This document shows, one piece after another, positions 8,671 to 16,077 of a stretch of 39,698 bases of DNA. The stretch is from Myxococcales bacterium (GTDB lineage: Bacteria; Myxococcota_A; UBA9042). Position 1 is the stretch's first letter. Each line of letters starts with the position of its first letter. The stretch is from positions 1 through 39,698 of the forward strand of contig JBBISH010000057.1 of the NCBI GenBank assembly GCA_037441385.1, in the 5' to 3' direction. Under the pieces are notes generated by a model. It searched no databases. It was given only the letters and a program-made list of their open reading frames with translations, and was not told the DNA's origin. A program made the translations under genes and the position numbers.

Positions 8671-9530
8671 CCCAAGAACCAGACCTGCGTGTTGGGCATG
8701 TGCTGCGCGAGCCGGTCGTAGCCGCCGAACAGAAACATCCCGCGCAGATACAAGCCGTTGTCAAACTTGCGCTGCAGGCCTACGTCCAGGTGGCGGAAGT
8801 TGAAGGTCGACTTGGTCTCTAGCTTGCCCGACTTGCCGTACAGGTAAGTGCCCACCTGCCACACCGTAGACCACTTGTCCGTCACGGCATACTGGTGATT
8901 CAGCAGGATGTACGCGTCGTTCGGATTCGTCCACGGCGAGTTGGTCAGCATGTACTCCACCAGCAGGCTGATCTCGCCCAGTTCGTGGCCGCGCAGACTG
9001 GGCTTGGACTCGACCTGGGCATAGACCTCGGGCACGTTGTTCTCGGTGGCGTGGATGAAGTACATGTATTGGCCGCCCAGCTTCAGCGTCGTCTCGCCCA
9101 CGGCCACGGTCCATAGCAGCGTCAGGTCGTTTTCAAAGGCGTGCCGCGGATTGCTGAGCGAGACGGCATTCAACGCGCCCTTGGCGTCGTAGCTGTGGCT
9201 CAGTTCGCCGGCGGGGTAATCGCAGCTGGCGCCCCAGTAGTCGAACACAAAGCCCCACGGCAGCTGAACGGTCACGCCGGGTTGGATCGACATGCCCTCG
9301 TTGTCGGCCCGGTCGGTCATGCCGCGCTGGACGTACTTGCTGGCCAGTTCTACCGAACCCGTGACCAGGGCCTCGTCGGCTTTGTCTTTGGCCGCGGCGG
9401 GTTCCTTGGTCGCGGCGTCTGGCTCGGCCCATGCTGCGGGCGCGTCCAGGCTTGCCCCAATGCCAGCTACCACGCCAAGAACCGCTTGGTGGCGCGCGAA
9501 CCTTTGGAGTAGCTGGGCCGCAGCGTTCAT
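8658..9530 (-). CDS. Outer-membrane beta-barrel, TorF/Gcw_chp-like putative porin
   Basis: Signal peptide ending AWA-EP, ASKYVQRG resembling the family S(D/K)YvxRG motif, alternating beta-strands and C-terminal GYEF. AGGAG RBS; ATGA overlap with the upstream gene. Confidence 0.65.
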   Translation of the reverse strand: MNAAAQLLQRFARHQAVLGVVAGIGASLDAPAAWAEPDAATKEPAAAKDKADEALVTGSVELASKYVQRGMTDRADNEGMSIQPGVTVQLPWGFVFDYWGASCDYPAGELSHSYDAKGALNAVSLSNPRHAFENDLTLLWTVAVGETTLKLGGQYMYFIHATENNVPEVYAQVESKPSLRGHELGEISLLVEYMLTNSPWTNPNDAYILLNHQYAVTDKWSTVWQVGTYLYGKSGKLETKSTFNFRHLDVGLQRKFDNGLYLRGMFLFGGYDRLAQHMPNTQVWFLGYEF

Positions 9531-11806
9531 CGTGGCTCCTTGGTACTTGGGCGCGACTCGCCTGGACCGGGCGCCGGGACGGCCTGGTCCGCTTGCCACC
9601 AAAGGCGCTCGATCAAGCCGCCTCGGGCATCGTAGCGACGCTCTTCGCCGTGCTTGCGACCTTCGCGCCAGGTGACTTCGGCCGACTTGACGCCGGACTC
9701 GCTGTACAACGTGGCGATGCCGTCGCGCTTGCCGAACTTGAGCGGCACGAACAGGCGCACCCCGCCGCTGCGGAAGTACTGCACTTCGGTGCCGCTGGGC
9801 AGGTTCGGGTCGGCGTGGCGTTCGCTCTGCAAGCCGCCGCCCGGGAACCAGGTGCGGTTGACGCCGACCGGGCGGCCGCGCTGCCAGTGGCGACTGCCCA
9901 CTTTTTCGCCGTCTGGGCCGAACTCCACCTCTTCGCCGTCGCGCGTGCCGTCCACGTAATTGACCTGCGAAGTCAGCCGACCGGATCGGTCGAAGGTCCG
10001 CGCCAGGCCTTGCCGCACGCCTTGGTCCACCGCGGCAACCACCGCCACTTCGCCGTTGTCGTGGAACTGCACCTCGGTGCCCTTGCCGCGCTTGGGAAGG
10101 GCGCTTCGCAACTCGCCGCCTGGCCAGTAACTGCGCGCCACATCGGAATTGTCGTCGCGCTCGCGCCGGACCTTGTGGGCCGCGCGGCGCACCTTGCGCG
10201 CCTCGCTGGTGCTGTCGCTGGCGCCGGGCGCTGCTCCGCCTTTGGGCTTGTTCGCGGCCTCGTCTGGGCCTTCTTCAGCGGCGGCCACGTCGCTGGGCTT
10301 GGGACCGCTGACCAGTTCGCCGTTGTGCCACTGCCAGGTGCCCAGGGGTTTACCTTTGTGGTAGCGCACTTCGGGACCGTCCAGCACATCTTCGCGCCAG
10401 GTCTGCGTGGCACGCAGTTTGCCACGTTGGTCGTACAGCCGCGCCACGCCGTGCTTTTTGCCTTGCACGAGCGGCACGTCCATGCGCAGGATGCCGTCCT
10501 CGTCCCAGCGCTGCTCCAGCCCCGTGCCCGCGCCGTCGTCGGCCGGGTAGCGGCTTTGCAGCCTGCCGCTGGGCCAGTAGGTGCTGGCAAGGCCGGTCAA
10601 GCGGTCCGAGCGCCACTGGAATTCCCCCTGCTTCTGTCCGCTGGGGTAGTAGCGCACCTCAGGGCCTTCGCGGCGGTCGTCGACGAAATCCAGCTCGCTC
10701 CAGCGGCGACCCTGGCGGTCGTAGACCTGGGCGCGACCGGCCTTTTTTCCTTGCACAAGCGCGACGCGCAGCTCTACGCGGTGGTCCGTGCCCGCCTCGG
10801 CGTCGCGGTCGAAGTAGTCGGTCTCGGTCCCATCTTGCGCCAGGTTCACGTAGACCCGCTCCGAGCGGAGTGCGCCCGAGGGCCAAAAGCCGCGCTCGCC
10901 ACAACAGGGTTCGCCTTCGCGCCACTCCACTTCGGCCAGCAGCCGGCCAAAACTGTCCCAGCGCCGGTCCCAGCCGTGCTCCTTGCCGGCCACGTAGGGT
11001 TGCTCGGCCAAGCGGATCCCCGCCTCGTCAAACCGCTCGGCCAGGCCTTGGCGCTGTCCGTCGGGCCGCAGGGGCACCACCATGGCGCGCTGGCCGTTGC
11101 GGTGGTACTGCACCTCGGGGCTCTGCGCCTGTCCTTTGTGGTATACGATTTCGCCGCGCCGCCAACCCTCTTTGCCAAAGAACTGCACCTTGCCGTCCAG
11201 GACACCGTGCCAGTAGGGCATCTCGGCGTATTTCCAGCCTTCGCGGTCGTAGATGATCTCCACGCCGTGGCGCACGCCATCCAGAAGGGGCGACACCGAG
11301 CGGCGCTCGCCGGTGGGGTAGTAGCCCACCTGGGGCCCCACGGCCGCGTCGTCGGCGTACGGTACCTCGGATTGCAGGTGCCCCTGCGCGTCAAATTCTC
11401 GAATCAGACCATGGCGTTTTCCGTTGCGCCAGGGCACCGAACGCACCAGCCGCCCTTGCGGGTCCAGCCACTGCTCCTCGCCCTCGCGGCGGCCCGCCGC
11501 CGTCTGCCACTGTGCCTGTACGCTGCCGTCGTCGCGAAACTGCTGCCAGCGCACCACGGCGCCGTCGTAACGGGCCTCTTGGCGCTTGTGACCGTCTTGG
11601 TCGCGGTGCTCGTCGCGCAGGTGAACGCCGTTGTCCCAGAACTGCACGACTTGCGGCTTGCCGTTGGGCCAGGTCAGGACCACCTTGGCCTGCTCGGCGG
11701 CCTGGGCCGCAGGGGCACTACACAGCAGGGCGGCCAACAGCCAGCCCGCAAGAGCAGGGCGCCTCCCGCGCTTCGTCAAGATCGGATCGTGCATGGCGCT
11801 GGCCAT
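9527..11806 (-). CDS. Exported MORN-variant repeat (YwqK-like) protein
   Basis: Signal peptide (AAQA-AE) followed by many G-x-rhG...yy-P-x-G-x-l repeats (e.g. GKRHGLIREFDAQG, GPEVRYYPSGQKQ). Start could be 11794. Confidence 0.8.
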   Translation of the reverse strand: MASAMHDPILTKRGRRPALAGWLLAALLCSAPAAQAAEQAKVVLTWPNGKPQVVQFWDNGVHLRDEHRDQDGHKRQEARYDGAVVRWQQFRDDGSVQAQWQTAAGRREGEEQWLDPQGRLVRSVPWRNGKRHGLIREFDAQGHLQSEVPYADDAAVGPQVGYYPTGERRSVSPLLDGVRHGVEIIYDREGWKYAEMPYWHGVLDGKVQFFGKEGWRRGEIVYHKGQAQSPEVQYHRNGQRAMVVPLRPDGQRQGLAERFDEAGIRLAEQPYVAGKEHGWDRRWDSFGRLLAEVEWREGEPCCGERGFWPSGALRSERVYVNLAQDGTETDYFDRDAEAGTDHRVELRVALVQGKKAGRAQVYDRQGRRWSELDFVDDRREGPEVRYYPSGQKQGEFQWRSDRLTGLASTYWPSGRLQSRYPADDGAGTGLEQRWDEDGILRMDVPLVQGKKHGVARLYDQRGKLRATQTWREDVLDGPEVRYHKGKPLGTWQWHNGELVSGPKPSDVAAAEEGPDEAANKPKGGAAPGASDSTSEARKVRRAAHKVRRERDDNSDVARSYWPGGELRSALPKRGKGTEVQFHDNGEVAVVAAVDQGVRQGLARTFDRSGRLTSQVNYVDGTRDGEEVEFGPDGEKVGSRHWQRGRPVGVNRTWFPGGGLQSERHADPNLPSGTEVQYFRSGGVRLFVPLKFGKRDGIATLYSESGVKSAEVTWREGRKHGEERRYDARGGLIERLWWQADQAVPAPGPGESRPSTKEPR

Positions 11807-11883
11807 CCCCCTGCCGTCGGTCGAGCACCGGCTCGTCCAAGGTTCCCGAGTTTGGCGCAGCTAGCAGGCGTACCGCAAGCCGT

Positions 11884-12357
11884 TTACGCGCGTCGCCCAA
11901 GGCTGGTGGCCTCGGCGCGCGTGGTTGTGCGCGGACCGGTAGTCAGCCAGGTATGCGGCGAAACGAACAATTCCATCGTCATTTGCTCAAATTGCCGCAT
12001 GAGGTAGGCGTTGAGCACCGACATCGGATCGCGAAGGCTGCACGCGTCAGTCCGCTGGCAGTCCGTGGCCGGGCTGTGGCAGCTGACCACCGCGATCTGC
12101 TCTTCAAAAGGCCGTACCACGTCCAGGAACCGGATCTCGCCTGCCGGTCGGGCCAGCCGATAGCCGCCGCCAGCGCCCTTGGACGCCACGAGCAGGCCGG
12201 CCTTCTTCAGGCCCTGCAGAACTTTTGCCAGCAAATCCGGCGGAATACCTTCCTGTGCCGCCAAGTCCGCCACGGACACGACCGCATCGGGCTCCAGGCG
12301 CGCCATGTGCTGGATCGCCATCAGGGCGTACTCAGACTTTCGGCTCACTTTGAACAT
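11884..12357 (-). CDS. Rrf2-family transcriptional regulator (Fe-S type, three Cys)
   Basis: SRKSEYAL, LAKVLQGLKKAGLL, KGAGGGYRLARP, and C-terminal CHSPATDCQRTDAC. Confidence 0.9.
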   Translation of the reverse strand: MFKVSRKSEYALMAIQHMARLEPDAVVSVADLAAQEGIPPDLLAKVLQGLKKAGLLVASKGAGGGYRLARPAGEIRFLDVVRPFEEQIAVVSCHSPATDCQRTDACSLRDPMSVLNAYLMRQFEQMTMELFVSPHTWLTTGPRTTTRAEATSLGRRA

Positions 12358-12543
12358 CTGCTGCGCGAACGGCGGTGGATGCCGACGGCGTCACACTAGG
12401 GTCTCAGGCTGCCGAAACGCAAGAGTGCGCCGACAATATCATGAAAATAAACGTGTTTCGTGGACGCCGCTGCAACTCGACCTCGACGCGGACGAAGCGC
12501 TCTGGATCGGCGTCGCCACAGAATTTGTGGGCGTTCACAGAAA

Positions 12544-12598
12544 ATTCCCCGATTGGGAATGTCCTGCTCTTGACGTTGTTGTGACAGTACGTTATTCC
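12544..12598 (+). promoter_or_regulatory. Possible operator plus sigma70-like promoter for the 77-aa ORF
   Basis: Inverted repeat ATTCCC-N5-GGGAAT (12544-12560), then TTGACG (12570-12575), 17 nt, and a weak -10 TATTCC, in an AT-richer divergent spacer. Confidence 0.3.
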
Positions 12599-12623
12599 TA
12601 GTTTCGGACCGGATGAGTCCGAT

Positions 12624-12857
12624 ATGAACCGAGGTCGCCAAATGACGCTGATGGAACTGCAAGTCATTCGCAAAGAACGCGCCGCCCGCCTCAGCCTGGG
12701 CACCGAGTTCTACTGTCGGCCGCGCCGGCGGCGGCTGGCCGTGTCCACGTGCTTGGACGACTACATGAACGCCAATGCCTTTGGCGACAAGCGCAGCGCG
12801 TGCTGGCGGTGCCCGCAGGGCTGCGGCAATCGCGGCAAGTATTCCGAAGGCGCCTAG
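12624..12857 (+). CDS. Small Cys-rich hypothetical protein (77 aa)
   Basis: GC3-biased codons, divergent from Rrf2, five Cys including CWRCPQGC. Alternative start ATG 12642 has a GAGG RBS. Confidence 0.6.
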   Translation: MNRGRQMTLMELQVIRKERAARLSLGTEFYCRPRRRRLAVSTCLDDYMNANAFGDKRSACWRCPQGCGNRGKYSEGA

Positions 12858-12994
12858 CCCGGTTGCTGCCGCGCCCGCGTAGCGTTGTCGGCGGCGCCCG
12901 TTCGCTGACCTTGGTTCAAAGGCCACAGCCGCTCGTCGCGTGGCGCGAACCAGGATCGTCCCCAAGCATTTACAGTTGCGCACCGCGAGACCGC

Positions 12995-13132
12995 TCATAC
13001 GCACCCCACCCGATTCGCGCCTGTACGGCTTTTCTGACCCGTTCTGCAACTGGCGAGAATCAGGCGGGGACCCCGGTTCGGGCCCGAAAGATTGCCCGTG
13101 TCTCCGATCCGATTCGGACGGAACGGGTATCA
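12995..13132. repeat. 138-bp structured dispersed repeat, copy 2
   Basis: Direct-orientation copy of 7096-7233, lying between convergent genes. Confidence 0.85.
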
Positions 13133-13275
13133 GGTCCTGCAACATGCTGGTTGCGGGATTCTTGCGCTTGGATGTCCAGAGGTGCGCGAAGCAGGCGCAA
13201 CTGCTCAGCCAACCCTTGGCGGCGCGCCGACCAAGTCGTGCGACGGCGCGGCCGACCAAGGAAGACTTGTCGCTG

Positions 13276-13563
13276 CTACTTCGAGTAGGTCAGGGACTTG
13301 CGGCTCAGCCAGAACCCGATGGCCGCCACCACCAGGAGGGCGCCAGCAATCGGCCCCGCCAGATCCAGCAGGCCCGGAACGAACTTGTCGACCCACACCT
13401 CTTTGGCCACACTGTCGCCGAACTCGTCGACCACGGTCTGAGTGGTCAACACCTTCTGCAGGGTGAACCATGCGGCACCCGAGGCGGCCCACCACAGCAG
13501 GGTGGTCAGTGCGCCGGCGACCGCCAGCAGCGAAGTCAGAATCAAGATCGTGCTTCGTTTCAT
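13276..13563 (-). CDS. Small two-TM membrane protein, last gene of the Rieske operon
   Basis: 95 aa with two hydrophobic helices flanking the loop TVVDEFGDSVAKEVWVDKFVPGL. GAGGA RBS; 39 bp after the YceI gene. Confidence 0.7.
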   Translation of the reverse strand: MKRSTILILTSLLAVAGALTTLLWWAASGAAWFTLQKVLTTQTVVDEFGDSVAKEVWVDKFVPGLLDLAGPIAGALLVVAAIGFWLSRKSLTYSK

Positions 13564-13602
13564 GCTTCCTCGTGCGGGGGCGAAGGGGTGCGGCGGCTTG
13601 GG

Positions 13603-14211
13603 CTACTTGCCGGTGCCGTACAGGGTCGCTTCGATGTCGATGACTTCGCCGACCTTGCTGCCGGCGGCGCCCGCCTTGCCCTTGATGTCGTGGTCCTTGA
13701 GCGAGACGCGGAAGCGGGCGGTGACCTTGATGGCGTTGCGGTCCGCGGCGTAGGCGACGTCGATCGACATGTCTTTGGCCACGGTCTTGCCGTTGAGCGT
13801 GAACTTGCCGTGGGCCTTGCCGCTGGCGCGGTTGCCCTCGATCTTGCTCAGGTCAGCCTTGTCGATCTCGAACGTGATGTTGGGGTTGGCGGCGCCGTTG
13901 AGCCAGTCGGGGCCCTTCATGTGGGTGTCGCGCAGGTCGTTGCCGGTCTTCATCTTGGCGACCGGGACCAGGATCTTGCCCGTCACACCGCCCGCGTTGG
14001 CGGCGTCGGCCACCTTGAACTCGCCGGTGATGCCTTCGGCCGTGCCCTTGAACTTTTCCATTGGCGCGTCGGACAGGAACGAGATCTGCGACTTGCCCGA
14101 GTCCACAGCAAACGAAAGCGCGCCGGTCTTGCCGGCAAAAGGCGTATCGGCCATGGCGGGCAGGGCGATGGCAGTGGTGGCCAAGATGGCGGCGGTCAAC
14201 AGGTGGCGCAT
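13603..14211 (-). CDS. YceI-family periplasmic lipid/polyisoprenoid-binding protein
   Basis: Signal peptide (AMA-D), TGNDLRDTHM...WLN...PNITF and GKFTLNGKT. AAGGAG RBS. Confidence 0.88.
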   Translation of the reverse strand: MRHLLTAAILATTAIALPAMADTPFAGKTGALSFAVDSGKSQISFLSDAPMEKFKGTAEGITGEFKVADAANAGGVTGKILVPVAKMKTGNDLRDTHMKGPDWLNGAANPNITFEIDKADLSKIEGNRASGKAHGKFTLNGKTVAKDMSIDVAYAADRNAIKVTARFRVSLKDHDIKGKAGAAGSKVGEVIDIEATLYGTGK

Positions 14212-14304
14212 GGAGAACTCCTTAGAACGAAAGGAAAGCACACGGCACGGCAACCACGCCGTGCAACACGGGAACAGAACGCAATGGGTAGACCCGCGAT
14301 TCAC

Positions 14305-15468
14305 CTAGAACCACGCATGCACCTGCAGCGTGTACTGGGCGAGCAGGTAAGAACTCGTCTTCAGGTAGCGGTATTCCGGACGCAGTTCGATATTTGGCAC
14401 CGGAATGAACTGAATTCCGGCCACGTAGCTCTGCACATCGGCTTCGGCCAGGCCGGGCGAGTGGCCGTTGCCGGTCTCCCACCGGCCGGTCAGCACCAGC
14501 CATTCTTTGAGCGGGTGGTCCACTTGCAGCAGGGTCGAAAACGTCTCGCGACCAAACGCGATTTGCGACCATACCGCCTCGCCCATGATCGAGCCCCAAT
14601 AGCTCTTGCCGATACCGACGTGGCCGCCGTACATCGTCAGCTTGTCGGACTGCAGCACGGACGCGCCCAGCCACGAGTTCAGGCCCCAGTCCTGCATCTG
14701 CGGGTACACCGTGGCGCGCGCCGACAGAGCGAGCTGGCCTTGGCCCACGCCGTCTGGGTTGGCCAGGTGTAGGTTGTTGGCCCACACGGCCGAGACGTCG
14801 AGCGACAGCCAGTGCAGCCCTTCGTACGACAGCTCTGCGCCCAGGTCATTGTAGAAGGGCGGCAGGATCGGCGTGCCCAGCGAGAACGGGTTGCGGCGAA
14901 TGACCAGGGTGTGGTCGTCGTAGCGGACGCCAAAACCCGGCTGAATCATGCCCACCCGCAGGCGCGGCAGGTCCATCGACGGCTGGATCTGGATCCAACC
15001 GTCGTACAAGCTTTGGCCCGCGTAGGACTTCAAGAAGCCAATCGGGTTGAAGCTGGCTGCCACGCTCAGCCACGGCAGGGCCTTGAAGTTGAAGCCCACC
15101 TGATCCTGCATCGGGATGAACATGCGATCGGGCTCGACCAGCTTGCCGTTGTTGTCCCAGCGCGGCGATCCGAGCTTGGCCATTTGCAGGCGCAAGTCGC
15201 CGCCGACCTCCAGCTTTTCGCCAAAGAAGGTGTTGTCGCTCAACTCGTGGAACTTCTGCCAGCCCAGCTTGTCCCAGGTCACCGCGCCGTTGGCGGCCGT
15301 GGCATAAAAGCCCATGGCGTTGCGTGGCCCGGATCCCTGTGGGTTGATGTGGCAATTCGAGCAGCGGCTGCTGGTGGTCAGCGTCATGCGCGGCAGTGCC
15401 TGCGCGGGCAGAGCCACGGTGGCTAGCGCCAGGACCGCCAGCGCACTACGAACGAGCTGTTTCATCAT
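14305..15468 (-). CDS. Outer-membrane beta-barrel with N-terminal single CxxCH heme-c motif
   Basis: Signal peptide (AQA-LP), CSNCHINPQGSGPRN near the mature N-terminus, amphipathic beta-strands and C-terminal HAWF. ATGA overlap with the Rieske gene. Confidence 0.7.
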   Translation of the reverse strand: MMKQLVRSALAVLALATVALPAQALPRMTLTTSSRCSNCHINPQGSGPRNAMGFYATAANGAVTWDKLGWQKFHELSDNTFFGEKLEVGGDLRLQMAKLGSPRWDNNGKLVEPDRMFIPMQDQVGFNFKALPWLSVAASFNPIGFLKSYAGQSLYDGWIQIQPSMDLPRLRVGMIQPGFGVRYDDHTLVIRRNPFSLGTPILPPFYNDLGAELSYEGLHWLSLDVSAVWANNLHLANPDGVGQGQLALSARATVYPQMQDWGLNSWLGASVLQSDKLTMYGGHVGIGKSYWGSIMGEAVWSQIAFGRETFSTLLQVDHPLKEWLVLTGRWETGNGHSPGLAEADVQSYVAGIQFIPVPNIELRPEYRYLKTSSYLLAQYTLQVHAWF

Positions 15469-15935
15469 GTTTGCACCGTGCCTTTGCCGGTGGCGGCGTC
15501 GAAGGTTACCGCCCAGGTCGGCAGCATGGTCGTCAGCTTGTCGCCGTTGTTCGGCTGCCCGGTCACGGCGCCGTTGTTGGCGAACTTGGCCTGGTGCGTG
15601 GTGCACACCAAGGTAGCGCCTGCCTTGTCCCACTTGATGTTGCCTTGTTGGTGCGGGCAAATGCGCGTCACTCCGATGATCTGCGCGTCGCTCACCCGTA
15701 CCAGCAAGCCGTCTACGTTGCCAAACGTAACGTCGACCGCGGCGCCCACGGTCTTGAGCGCGGTGTAGGGCGACTGGGCCAAATCAAAGGACTCTTTGAC
15801 GTGGAGCGGCGGCAACGTGTAGAGCTCTGCGGACTCGCAGCCGTGGATGAGCGGCACCAGCGCGCCACAGCCAGCCGCCGCGCCAATGCGCAAGAGGAAC
15901 TGGCGGCGTTCTGCTTGGTGGGGATTTTGCGGCAT
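15465..15935 (-). CDS. Tat-exported Rieske [2Fe-2S] (lipo)protein
   Basis: ERRQFL twin-arginine motif, IHGC lipobox-like end, CPH...CTTH ligand boxes. GGAGG RBS. Confidence 0.85.
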   Translation of the reverse strand: MPQNPHQAERRQFLLRIGAAAGCGALVPLIHGCESAELYTLPPLHVKESFDLAQSPYTALKTVGAAVDVTFGNVDGLLVRVSDAQIIGVTRICPHQQGNIKWDKAGATLVCTTHQAKFANNGAVTGQPNNGDKLTTMLPTWAVTFDAATGKGTVQT

Positions 15936-16022
15936 CAGTACCTCCGGTCGGCGGACCCGACGCGACAAGATGGCAAACCATCGCCGGCAAAGTCAACCGT
16001 GCTCACACAAGTTTACCCTTGG

Positions 16023-16046
16023 CTAATCTAAGAAACCTATTAGAAA
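16023..16046. promoter_or_regulatory. AT-rich putative regulator site upstream of the Rieske operon
   Basis: TAAGAAA/TTAGAAA direct repeat with 11-bp period (16029, 16040), within a CTAAT...ATTAG inverted repeat. Confidence 0.3.
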
Positions 16047-16077
16047 AACCTTGGACAAGGTGCCTGCGCCAAGGCCA

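Noticed and set aside
9527..11806. Toxin-antitoxin module based on YwqK similarity
   Set aside because: No adjacent toxin gene; the repeats are generic MORN variants.
9431..12007. 858-aa plus-strand ORF and similar long antisense ORFs (3255-4904, 12940-14772, 16051-17619, 19242-21350, 34472-36085)
   Set aside because: They are antisense shadows of well-supported genes, typical of high-GC DNA, and have no recognisable motifs.
14245..14264. GCACGGC/GCCGTGC hairpin between the barrel and YceI genes as a terminator
   Set aside because: No immediate U-tract; more likely an ordinary intra-operon stabilising stem.
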